Origin: a virus
Taxonomy: Duplodnaviria; Caudoviricetes
IMG/VR virus record: IMGVR_UViG_3300033061_001635
Span: 96,001-160,000 of that record
Reading direction: 5' to 3' (one strand)
Length of the DNA: 64,000 nt
The notes under the pieces: model-generated
What the model saw: only the letters and a program-made list of their open reading frames with translations
Told to the model about the DNA's origin: nothing
The model's database searches: none
Translations under genes and position numbers: made by a program
Shown: positions 21,101 to 24,806 of the stretch, one piece after another
Position numbering within the stretch: the stretch's first letter is position 1
How the letters are laid out: each line of letters begins with the position of its first letter

Positions 21101-21121
21101 TGTTAGGTTAAAAGTTGCCAT
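3161..21121 (-). CDS. Giant tape measure protein (5,986 aa) carrying multiple enzymatic domains
   Basis: The N-terminal ~500 aa resemble TP901-type TMP (ELVKLQQVTG...LAQAGLSARET...AETIATGLRTIFTR). It has long helical Ala/Gln/Lys-rich stretches and sits right after tail tube and chaperone genes. Five DTVPAMLxPGEFV modules of the kind found in TMP C-termini. Confidence 0.9.
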   Translation of the reverse strand: MATFNLTAQLNLKGPTNVKQIAAQIKKDLGTLNANVQFKLDPAASKNVAALSSSLKVLNANFASTVKSANAATSAIKAFGNSVNSVKINNVPQQINQTSSAIAKLNKVSSSTSGGLQNAATEMQEFGKQAGLAVRRFVAFSAVTSVIYGVTNSINNGIQAFIDYDKELVKLQQVTGESAAGLSKLQSQITNLAVEFGVSSKELTQVASTLAQAGLSARETEKALKALALSSLAPSFDNMNETVEGSIAIMRQFGISANDLEASLGAVNAVAARFAVESSDIITAVQRTGSVFATASKGVSEGKDALNEFISVFTSIRATSRESAETIATGLRTIFTRVQRGTTIDALKEFGVNLTDTEGKFVGAYKAVELLSKGLGKIDPRSLDFSRIVEELGGFRQIGKVIPLIQQFTVTQQALKVAQQGQASLAKDAATAQLSLANQISKVREEFFSLFREIGQSKGFQSLVRGALSLTSGLIKVADAVKGILPALAVLAAFKGFKALTEFTTGFTTGVKRGPDGKANGGVIRKFARGGVVPGTGSGDTVPAMLEPGEFVIRKKAVETIGSDNLHNMNKYGGGGSIRAGKSNKRQRFGGGGKAPEPLNVVVDHVYDGDSPVVKFTPKTSAYDTSSRLVGVDTFEMRSNQKWKKNLALEAKKLTETQYTKGKNVTENFTKGYSQQTDKERSGRPLFVDDNLKQNLIDKGLGFSYSGTGPKRAETITKAEYLSLPEGKQNKRLIEQDPKKFDKKNLGGRIQRFMAGGKAESTPFGTGQTKFPKRITNAYVKEMEKKLNDEQVSLAWDQYPKDERINVDQNAVAEHFKSQAFDRKKFESLFKTKIRRNDLVGDLANFAKYIGLPEQDLSKVLPQNIDFGGVGQNVSSRGTFYANPYGARDFDKLDLSQYGFTTADEQDLYGYQKLWEEKEKEIKKIMKTPTKTFDDGSFSIDDAAFKKAYDEKSALTMQISKVKDKQAYARKAAMAAKKEITETTGRGTVGLSSTRYFPNQEKNTLYHELTHQLLNSIRTQSSGAFDQYRNRVSQLFSGDNDGLADAFDALTEKDGGYNSADVVYGRSYKNNMLNSVLSNLRRDTIRTGRSDNPEVSKEGSALYFEAEKKKNAREYRPINPKITDLLLKGGVKQDVINKAEDNGKEEFLTTLIQKRPMLDSNMEGILDSTLNELLGSAGIQRQQYTDGGKVTRNLGYIDFDVINDPANAQVIEQAMKKAGVDGPRNYTEYLTDLAIKARKEKSLNSLKALYGVAGAGKSSIVTGRGSNDNGTLRQTNRFPILTPEDITKASEVMLLTSTVSQDKLEGMLQEVDRAYTLSSTTKEEKDRILKQRTMRDVSGVGLFGRTAGSTTGAPLDTAKEEALLEDRIGSKSVVLGRKDDGGLRRKTGNELVEATKKKIGLTWGGFAPTTVGHESMMEAAKAAGIPYEDFIALVGSDEAVDSENYRTAVFDKDFRLALAKAGFGSKGASVLPKAFGDMSVPLAFDMGEKDGRRQITLAGEGSMAFVADKTEKQMEKYKKAGYGVSNLKRTGGISGTQVRDLVLNGNLEGLQQVVSPSVFSLLKNNMVQLQNRSNVLPTLIEQAEAAYKEEVSGIDQQLAATGITRADNKKAETDKEYAAQLELYRSLKDKKKKLETKKSFEPYRLLRQLATSDPAKYGLRFDTDSSSSPTGPSSAIQQAILAKVATETAVKKSSGILPAQGTEILKRFGSERLPNDSSFGPFSGKTVSDTAEGGKLKYWNSAFRPETKADKLAYYTRTRDYLIDKFKQSQGTQKATALKDTTNAVLSSTQLGLVGLNPLGYTGLLGPETWNLGTDSSGKDRSINASIVQRGLPTEFQNVIDYLSGQTAEIVQGASKLLGITPKELTKKQRETLGQGNIEGALLEQIFGSADATILDDALRTRPIDFPMGIGPKAAKIFGIDPNIPTEVKRTIDSNSRGKAVEEFQKYFRAQYGIPEPKNDKMVQKLSGGGLLKKYGEIFPNNNSTGPFKEMVFDFDDTLVTGGEIRLPDGKLDLSRKDDMPLVQEMLKKGKLTPLGQHLSEALKQEPSLIDNVSILSARNPNQTGILAQTLQNLGLPIPESKIRGSNGPQNKKITGYQKMIDDNLETIMRLKGQGHEAIHYTFAKGGKVEEEYKSILASILPKEMLTSDGYLKMPSGQAEPIDFIPGRSLAEKSKSSVMSILLGKSEKAPPEEQTGAFYQGGLMPKVLRHNLEKYKSKLPEDEYKALKQFVDQRILFEGNDDTIKTAGGLHKGVLAHESFHDIQGHLYDNHPEIIDKLHESLLKRKDAVEKWYKDPKNAEWAGPKDYRLEHFFPTATSKSPYSGNFIAEAHDSVKKITKKNNVSQNLFSTLGATQWDLGKNELIPVLLSAAVENNKGAIELLSQAFGESGLNPDFYKTLPKYADGGMALGLEDTDMSSLISSMYGSADSIARTFQGAGLTAGMPERSIGAAGVTGLQKSQEKKPKNYSKIGLRSDGSEITATYFKNNDRQGFVSAKKATGNLFTVGLSKATQGYGPRLYDIVMEAATAAGSMLTSDRNQVSESAKSVWSYYFNNRSDVKKTPLDPSQWTKNHSYLDPKLYGRKETWPPPSDPAWILQSGYNKSADLINSPDVINMNDPKYAEHIKAQQLSFLSRNGGGSIRKFASGGNTGLSSEDTVPALLTPGEFVVNKNAAKKIGYNKLHQLNKADKIQGYNKGGIVGGVQKFAFGGGVDSVLSGLQNITSYLGKTQNITSNRPNSIDTSTIAVDPSILQDTKAFVDTLYDAGDGMKYLNRLLNENKQLSIKAVLDAGNKDLERLKISGASIDKIIEAEKALSNIRNKGLIDVTKRQFLESGFKESSVGKKLGSGATQQKILSLAEKEEQRLIDKRKKAIEADIVSSSKQPIAASDLADQVAQAISSELNDIKTQAFSRATTVATGTQTSTGIKGNITASELKNLNISGNDIQKYISDSMRDRKTLRQMDQQLIATRMEEYKNAGTIRGISVASAEEAKKLAQEEVSKRREAINDLAKMRGERGVGAAGLMDTRNSPINRAFRERYFTGNLGRSMQRGLGDVGLAAGLVAGQGQNISSALFDTKTDKGKIKAADAGARIDKAATTLSVGLTTSAQLAAINPMLGAAAAIGTALYAGADAAFDFSGTAKKAAQEMTRSLLNDKLSAASDSLSNALEKLSKDVNNVDLRAKTASSVKALTDTAIESTADTATAGKNKAENDRNWTDFGRGILLGIGEIGVGMNPYYQDLDPVTVAKSKKGSYGTEEASVDAQKELENYQKIANTGYGDLERLYSKGFSNDQIMDPSNEAGNIVRESLKGMILSDPKKLALYMSAGEQGKETIVGKAAQDEFLANDELAKASQESAKLARAMDLADKAGRRLAASFDKIADIVNESVNKISFESDARVEATTQYASSLRGESKVSGPKLREKNILDNPNAYSEEEFTKALESATAGLDAGIRKQLIGGAQLQQNIPKNITQSIATVLDKSAGSGVDELKKAAVDTAKNEIENNPNLSRQQKDELKQISTAKIENMAKKAKENNADNTMQVSEFRKELEDGTNILGDFGKKLLDSVKNLSSFKEGALDKFAKGLNEASKAAKEAQNYFRKSRDISNEGNMNLREILSGYGETYNEKSNRIMGDVSNLAGGETTVQGIQNRQIRLSQQRDTLQKQQGTLTDKDALRNNVEQLNKLDDQLQNNREALDMLANSTELVDKAFSDLQHTSELQNNRQNFVNQLLTNTPEEADKLNQSFIRLQRNLSGGLNSPYNQRDARKAFNEALFKTGNVREATRAGNTVLANQRKETLALSQDPGVKAAQELQIRNQYAQNQGKPGVDVDQAVAEYFQKQQLQLTKQMAIESGMANNPLVQQSLAALQDRKTDPSMQKAAERYLESVGLRSSATKGQGELAESQSILKDSNDNLRISIDDLRASVEGNMKDANIGKDAAGNNIVNPGVAVAAPPVARSSGGLIYASNGKLIDFKPKGTDTVPAMLSPGEFVINSKSTQKHLPLLQSINSGYFDKVGLVSDFTQFDKNKNNLLDKKEFTKYFSDFDLNKDDAIDMKEFKLGMGKQYSRRKSLWLKGSKSRTEEEETEYQNLRSLHKTTKSSGINTRKEMLDRAKGQIRYERQQAYLSRFRPEIRERKEKSLLKSGMLYYPDGTSPRGKMFKMEGSRSTQNVADLILPPPYKNVPNTINPNTELLLPNPSGGMLNSSSGQLAKTQTNQQMAAVTKPTISTTTGKYPKADGTTGDDIGDADFSKFATKDWVTLANDPNNTAAMARQIAQQKLFTMGLDKDGKPLNTSSGTSPVNTTKSQPVNTQEPLSPTTTQPTANQEAQTAAVAQQATSSRTATAQESARKVQFAIDEGKKIIDVYRQHSQEEGISDKEREKRLQQLRHAQVEFGSTGRASAGSNPIGLGRGVNKPDGERWAGESYKNAEDYFEAKKAGDLFKKYGADKPKLFGSELFDSTLPPEMVGSDRTKRTKERDAAVSDFMSGLLDYATGFKLDGSERHTSGTEIAADGKNVARLSARDRFEASRETSKETKTKTKLTKADAVSLGVDPMLAGPLTDAEILPPLDSQTTNPLWKDSGGVPPIIFSQGGTGALSVQTLDRIQKDQDLQEMIQKHGPIQYADKNGNVLFSDGTNYLRTSEPGDVTAIGVTAASMLTPVGVVTAGASLRKVPDIAGRVMKRESTPQDAIDLIQITSGIVSMANSARTAEQLSGRGQGILGGQKSQRQRATEQAKAESAIDRDMKQALDESRYNITEKLNDAEEARLWESIDQQTRKAGKSVVESVKKTAMSAQPMRGTEYGFGGGDSATLNARAAKAMEPEMLDLKSSGRTTSGQYKLTSQGEKFLAKRIVEFVEKSKNNAEVTPGLKPRGNFMPDVLDEGVGIGGQINIKLADDAFALNHEGFHAASDAIGALEDAGLLTPGVVKNLPKEYAPLVSGAADRARSFDEYIRARQATRGTSKPIEPSIVESMQKAFVEEEAAVSASLRQKPTDNPSYNRALKQYNRTMGYADDQPFQTQTPKSMLGSAVNFAKKYGTTGALAGLAADSIGRLFGSQSKDQAKVRKPARRASGGLIYAENGQLIDFSPKGTDTVPAMLTPGEFVVNAKSTKENLGLLHSINKSKGGKINYLADGGKAGTNIDKDEDLNKDGIITDEERQIYQSQKEERQIYQRQKELYLTRPFGQMDDRQAYLTRPFGYSKGGPVNYLAKGGKSDKEQRSNDALSSYDSAGVLGQMTERFMGEQLEADRLASGTAQFMGGASGADVTAGLHYQRNYGERAGEKPVSEARTESMVGNYFDQSKEYYDNQGRTLLNLPERAAIFMGQGLAHVVLPESELEPTTTLTYADGTKFREGPAEVGTGALANQAAMVAGVGALGGARIGAGFSNLGKVADPIGAATEVGLTHVDQAAQGVRRLAGSAVEGIGKGIGSETMAQTGRAIQITSGDAAIAAARIASETAVPHGMSPRDAAFAHMGSETTDIHSGTSGDWHLDPNNKFRNTGNLGASEPIPQSAMRDAAIARMAENASDINRGGAGHGSVGSFHHDAPQVPVIYARDSYVATGGEAYVVKSKVDKSLIDNSKSLFDDSLTSQLSNELLPNQSAAPVLHPGRSAPADMVTGADVVTKFSEQTFKPAKEIAQMTPDEQMAYAAQREIAKKQVENALKKSSPITKMKNSQVESRFADMPGTTRVVHDPMVLGPRKSYSLRDYSRIGQTHSPLYVPDLGNHVATHAYKTGLEQHDEKAKDHSSGGLIYANNGALIGASGTDNVPAMLTPGEFVVNRESSQKHMPILNAINSGHFNRGGIVNYLANGGIAGPKYLAAGGTSQLAQLAPISNAGQTLKQTASSSGGVSNNVSIDTANIASSIQDAVTNAIGQFNEYTEQIGANFTEQFNSAQKSLSSSIDTFQTATAQFGEHANAIPTSLSANVTQTTSLHHIGLDSIKGNMEQKIYDQTSINAKNISQDSHMQYDKTVFEGGMNSAAKQSIIGRTA
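5611..5670 (-). repeat. 30-bp tandem duplication (EERQIYQxQK x2) plus adjacent YLTRPFG x2 in TMP
   Basis: tttgacgttgataaatctggcgttcttctt / tttgactttggtaaatctggcgttcttcat. Confidence 0.85.
6170..6560 (-). other. Zincin-like metallopeptidase domain 3 within TMP
   Basis: FALNHEGFHAA (HExxH at 6413-6427), with a downstream EEEAA. Confidence 0.5.
8960..9060 (-). other. EF-hand pair within TMP
   Basis: Two 12-residue loops, DKNKNNLLDKKE and DLNKDDAIDMKE, each flanked by F. A third loop, DLNKDGIITDEE, lies at 5663-5698. Confidence 0.65.
13280..13730 (-). other. GNAT-like acetyltransferase domain within TMP
   Basis: Beta strands, then KATQGYGPRLYDIVME (acetyl-CoA-binding motif A-like), then LTSDR..VSESAKSVW. 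Confidence 0.6.
13925..14735 (-). other. Zincin-like metallopeptidase domain 2 within TMP
   Basis: GVLAHESFHDIQ (HExxH at 14339-14353), with a downstream NEL as a candidate third ligand. Confidence 0.6.
14760..15160 (-). other. HAD-superfamily phosphatase domain within TMP
   Basis: All four HAD motifs in order: VFDFDDTL, ILSAR, NKK, MIDDN. Confidence 0.85.
15270..15700 (-). other. PD-(D/E)xK nuclease-like domain within TMP
   Basis: EGALLEQ ... RPIDF ... PTEVKRT gives the E / PD / ExK catalytic arrangement. Confidence 0.55.
16430..16935 (-). other. HIGH-motif (cytidylyltransferase-like, NadD/CoaD fold) nucleotidyltransferase domain within TMP
   Basis: GLTWGGFAPTTVGH (GxFxPxTxGH) and the C-terminal ISGTQVR...VSPSV signature. 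Confidence 0.8.
16980..17555 (-). other. P-loop kinase/NTPase domain within TMP
   Basis: ALYGVAGAGKSS Walker A at ~17348-17371, followed later by an RxxxR lid-like segment (RILKQRTMRD). Confidence 0.65.
17580..18840 (-). other. Zincin-like metallopeptidase domain 1 within TMP
   Basis: TLYHELTHQ (HExxH at 18089-18103), with a downstream EEF as a candidate third ligand. Confidence 0.6.
18990..19330 (-). other. Staphylococcal nuclease (thermonuclease)-like domain within TMP
   Basis: VDHVYDGDS ... RLVGVDTFE ... ALEAKK ... SGRPL ... LIDKGLGFSY follows the SNase pattern DGDT / RLxGxDTPE / GRxL / LxxxGxA. Confidence 0.75.
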
Positions 21122-21150
21122 AATATTATCCTATAAAGAATTAACGATCC

Positions 21151-21196
21151 AAAAAAATATTCCCAACCACAAGGATAAACTCATGGTTAGGAATAT
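21151..21196 (-). terminator. Rho-independent terminator immediately upstream of TMP
   Basis: Minus strand ATATTCCTAACCATGAG-TTTATC-CTTGTGGTTGGGAATAT forms a 17-bp stem with G:U pairs, followed by a T-run. Confidence 0.75.
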
Positions 21197-21222
21197 CTAT
21201 TAAATTAATACTATTAATCTTA

Positions 21223-22131
21223 TTATGAACTAACGGGTTCTGTGGATTCTGCAACAGTGCTTTTGGGTGGTTCAGAAACTGGGGGCTCTTTTGCTGTCTC
21301 TGTTTGTGCTGCTGTTGGTTCATCTTTTTTGTCTTCTTCTAAAATAATTGGATTTCCATTATCATCAAGGAACGGCTGAGGGTCAACCAGATAGTCTCCA
21401 TCAGAATTTACCTTGTTGCCATATTTATCAACAAAATTCCCTTCTTCATCTATGAATCTGCCACTTTCATCTACTAGCCTACCTTCAGCATCAACAAGTC
21501 TACCTTTTTTATCAACAAGTCGCAATTTATCATCAACAAATTTAAATTTCTTTAAGAATTTGTTTTCTGGCAGATTGCTTTCATAGTCATTATCCAATCC
21601 ATATAACATATTAGCCAAATTTTGCGCTCCTAACAAACCAACCTGATCGGTTGACCTATTAAGATAATCTTCCATATTATTAAAGTATGGTTGTTTAGTA
21701 TCATTATACACCACACAAACACTAACCAAATAATTAAACCTAGCATTATCAGCTTGACCTTCAGCACTATGATTATCTAAACTAGTTCTAACACTGATTA
21801 GATCTCGTATTTCATCTCTAATGCCCTTCATTTTAATAGCTAGGTCTTTGGCTTCATTTAAACTAAATCCACCCTTTGCTAGTCTTTTTTCACCGTCTAA
21901 AAGTTCTTTTTGTAAAGTGGTGAATTTAGCCTGTTTCTCATCATTCCATAAACCTTGATCTTCTAAAAGATCGTCTAACTTTGCTCTTACAACACTTTTG
22001 CTTTTTATAGCATCAGTAAAAGCTTGATTATAGACTTTTTGTGCTTCTCTTTGATCATTTAATGATGGTGTCTTGACAACAAATTCTTTTTCTGTACCGT
22101 CTATAGTAACCTTAAAATTTTTAGTTTTCAT
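21223..22131 (-). CDS. Putative tail assembly chaperone with 7-aa D-x-x-G-[RN] repeats
   Basis: Directly upstream of TMP, with a helical acidic N-terminus. Repeats VDKKGRL-VDAEGRL-VDESGRF-IDEEGNF-VDKYGNK-VNSDGDY. Confidence 0.6.
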   Translation of the reverse strand: MKTKNFKVTIDGTEKEFVVKTPSLNDQREAQKVYNQAFTDAIKSKSVVRAKLDDLLEDQGLWNDEKQAKFTTLQKELLDGEKRLAKGGFSLNEAKDLAIKMKGIRDEIRDLISVRTSLDNHSAEGQADNARFNYLVSVCVVYNDTKQPYFNNMEDYLNRSTDQVGLLGAQNLANMLYGLDNDYESNLPENKFLKKFKFVDDKLRLVDKKGRLVDAEGRLVDESGRFIDEEGNFVDKYGNKVNSDGDYLVDPQPFLDDNGNPIILEEDKKDEPTAAQTETAKEPPVSEPPKSTVAESTEPVSS

Positions 22132-22414
22132 ATTTATCTCCTATTTCCTTATTATTAAAATTATATGTTTGTTTAGTTTTATACGATCTATATAACATAG
22201 ATGATAGAGTCTCCAATGCTAATCTTATTTGTTTATTTCCATTATTCAAAATGGAATTTCTGGTATACTCCCAAAGGTCTATATATTCTTGCTGATCTGG
22301 TCCTGGTTCTTCCCACAAATGACCAAAAGATTGTTCGAATCTTGCTAATGAACCTATCATAGTTGTTTTTAATCGTGTTTCGATTTCAGTAATTAGTTGT
22401 TGTTGATAATCCAT
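22121..22414 (-). CDS. Hypothetical protein (tail chaperone region)
   Basis: 97-aa ORF overlapping the downstream gene by 11 nt. Confidence 0.7.
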   Translation of the reverse strand: MDYQQQLITEIETRLKTTMIGSLARFEQSFGHLWEEPGPDQQEYIDLWEYTRNSILNNGNKQIRLALETLSSMLYRSYKTKQTYNFNNKEIGDKYEN

Positions 22415-22417
22415 AAA

Positions 22418-23431
22418 TTAATTCCTATTTTTAGCCTCTTTTTGAATATCTGGTAATTCTGTATGTTCTATATGTTGATATTTATTAATTACATGTTCTC
22501 TGTGAGCAATATCCATCATTGCTTCATCAGAATTCATTGACATAACTTCTTGGATGCCCTCCTCAGAATCTGTAAAAATAAATACTTCTTGTGCTTTACC
22601 CAATTTATTATTTGTTTTTAATATATCATCTTGTTTCTTTGATTTTTCTATTGCTCTGCGTTGTATTATCATCCATCCATCAAGCATATCATCATCGCTG
22701 ATAACGTTATCTGTAGGTTTTTCGGGATGCTCATATACACTGTCATACATCATGCTATAGCTGACTATAGTTAATTGTTCTTCTGTCCATTCTGATACTG
22801 CATTTTTAAATATGTTAGTTTTTCCAACATTCCACAAAGATCTCCACAAATCAGATTTAGCGATTTTTCTATAATCTGATACAGAAAGTCCGTGCTTGTC
22901 TATTTCTGATACAATATTAGTAAATTTATTTAATGAATTGTTTAATGATTTGAATTTGTCAAAAGCTTTTTTACCATTATGGTAAATAGTATTAACCATT
23001 ATGAATTCATTTTTTATACTTTCAGCATATCCCTCTAGTGTTTGCATATAGTATGTTTGTTTGATTCCGTTTAGCTGTCCTAGTCTGGATCTTATATTAT
23101 TTAATTGTAATTTTGTTCTATTTGTTAGCTTTGCATTAAGTCTATTGTTATATAATGATACTTTAAGATTATCTATTTCTTTTTCTGATTTTTTCATAAA
23201 TGCTGTCATCTCAGATTCCCACACTCCCATATACTGCATATATTTATCTAAATTCTCTAATCTGATCCATTCATTATATTTTTCATCATTAATAATAGAT
23301 TCATAAATTAAATGAGCTTTATATTTTAATATTGGTTTAGGAAATGTCAATACATATTTTCTCTTATTATAAGAAAATAATAATTTTCCAGACAATATTC
23401 TATATACATCCCTCTCTAATTCTTGCACCAT
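22418..23431 (-). CDS. Hypothetical protein, possible tail assembly chaperone
   Basis: 337-aa helical ORF between the tube genes and TMP. C-terminal motif YDSVYEHPEKP...DDDMLDGW. Confidence 0.65.
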   Translation of the reverse strand: MVQELERDVYRILSGKLLFSYNKRKYVLTFPKPILKYKAHLIYESIINDEKYNEWIRLENLDKYMQYMGVWESEMTAFMKKSEKEIDNLKVSLYNNRLNAKLTNRTKLQLNNIRSRLGQLNGIKQTYYMQTLEGYAESIKNEFIMVNTIYHNGKKAFDKFKSLNNSLNKFTNIVSEIDKHGLSVSDYRKIAKSDLWRSLWNVGKTNIFKNAVSEWTEEQLTIVSYSMMYDSVYEHPEKPTDNVISDDDMLDGWMIIQRRAIEKSKKQDDILKTNNKLGKAQEVFIFTDSEEGIQEVMSMNSDEAMMDIAHREHVINKYQHIEHTELPDIQKEAKNRN

Positions 23432-23440
23432 ATCATTATA

Positions 23441-23602
23441 TTATTTTTCCATATTATCCTTAGGACTATTTACTAATTTACTTTTGAGCGCCAAGATTTC
23501 TCCGTCCTTAATTTTGATTTGTTCCTGGAGATTTTCTAAAAACTTTTGAGCATGATACATATCTGTATACAATTTTCCTATTATTTGAAATAATTCATCC
23601 AT
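23441..23602 (-). CDS. Small coiled-coil protein (53 aa, not in ORF track)
   Basis: MDELFQIIGKLYTDMYHAQKFLENLQEQIKIKDGEILALKSKLVNSPKDNMEK*, with an AGGA RBS upstream; it fills the intergenic gap. Confidence 0.7.
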   Translation of the reverse strand: MDELFQIIGKLYTDMYHAQKFLENLQEQIKIKDGEILALKSKLVNSPKDNMEK

Positions 23603-23668
23603 TTTAATCCTAAATCCTTGTTCTTATTCTATAAATTCCTAATTACCATTAAATTAAATATAATTTTA

Positions 23669-24781
23669 TTATACTGCTGGTACGACCGAGTAACTGCCGG
23701 TGGCTCTCACATAAAAATCATTATAATTTCTGAAACCATAAGTAATAGTAAGATTTCCACCACCAGTGTCACCACCAGCATAATTAACAGATGTTAGTTT
23801 ATTACCAGAGCCTAAAAAGAACTGTAAACTATTATTATCTGAAGTAGGACTACCACTACCACAAATTTTTAATCTAATGGGGAATTCGGTTAGGTTATTA
23901 TAGTTAACACCACAGCCGCTACTAAATATAAAATCATTTGCGGTAATATAGTCTCCAACCTGACCAATAATTTCAAATTCACTAGTAACTTCAACTGGGA
24001 AAGTAGCATATCTATAGTAAGGAGCCAACTGACCAAGTTCATTAATTTGTTCACGACCAAGATTTGCTGCTATTGTTATATTCTGTAAGTATAAATCAAC
24101 ATCAGTACCAGTTGGCAAACCACCACTTTTAAATACTCCATCAAATCCTGTTGGCAGTACCGACTCGCTAATATTTATATACTGTCTACGAGCTAATTTA
24201 TTAGCTGTTTTATTTATTGTTGCAGCTGTCATGGTTGTCATAGTGTCAGTATTGTTCTTGGCCCATTTTTTATTATTTCCAACTAATGTGATTTCTTCAG
24301 TAGCATTTCCATCTACTGGGAAAGTATAGTTTAAACTGGATAAATACATTGGTTCGCATAAAACCCAATCGGTTGTTGTGCTACTAACTGTAGACTTAGT
24401 ATCACTATATATTCCTAGTCTAAAATCTACAGTATTAAAAGCTAGCCCAGCGAAACCTTTAGTTTTAAGTTGTGTTGAGTCGGTGAAACTTGTAGTATTA
24501 GCTCCTCCAATACCGCCCTCTCCACCCATAGCCATTAAATATAGAGGACATGTACCGTCTAGGGCTTTATTAATAGTAACTTCAACTTCTGGAGTATTTT
24601 CGCTAATAGCATAAATATCTATAGCTCCTAATTGGAAAGCCTGCTCAGTAGATAGCGTATTATTGAATCCTACGCTCTGAACACCTTGAGGCTGATACCA
24701 TGACCCATACTTATTGCCTGTTGTTCCAGGCTTTAATTGAGCTATCTGTGAGCCGTAAAAAATTCTATTATTATTACCCAT
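23669..24781 (-). CDS. Major tail tube protein paralog 3
   Basis: Shares NNRIFY, GVQSVG, QLG, PEVEVT, MYLSS..FPVDGNATEEITLVG, LGRE.INELG, FP.EVTSEFE and NY.GGDTGGGN with the two upstream genes. Beta-rich, upstream of chaperones and TMP. Confidence 0.7.
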   Translation of the reverse strand: MGNNNRIFYGSQIAQLKPGTTGNKYGSWYQPQGVQSVGFNNTLSTEQAFQLGAIDIYAISENTPEVEVTINKALDGTCPLYLMAMGGEGGIGGANTTSFTDSTQLKTKGFAGLAFNTVDFRLGIYSDTKSTVSSTTTDWVLCEPMYLSSLNYTFPVDGNATEEITLVGNNKKWAKNNTDTMTTMTAATINKTANKLARRQYINISESVLPTGFDGVFKSGGLPTGTDVDLYLQNITIAANLGREQINELGQLAPYYRYATFPVEVTSEFEIIGQVGDYITANDFIFSSGCGVNYNNLTEFPIRLKICGSGSPTSDNNSLQFFLGSGNKLTSVNYAGGDTGGGNLTITYGFRNYNDFYVRATGSYSVVPAV

Positions 24782-24806
24782 TTAAAAACTCCTATTTAAT
24801 TGATGT

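Noticed and set aside
3161-21121. Inteins explaining the TMP insertions
   Set aside because: No C/S-start and HN-C/S/T-end splice motifs or LAGLIDADG blocks were seen at the domain borders; the borders are GG motifs.
21141-21335. AAAAAAG near the end of the chaperone plus an overlapping 60-aa ORF, suggesting a G/GT-type programmed frameshift
   Set aside because: The heptamer is out of phase for -1 slippage (zero frame reads GAC AAA AAA GAT). The overlapping ORF is in the +1 frame and runs through the terminator hairpin.
21700-21716. GGTGTATAAT inside the chaperone gene as a TMP promoter
   Set aside because: It is ~580 bp upstream and before the terminator, unlike the 38-58 bp spacing elsewhere, and the hexamer is expected by chance in coding DNA.
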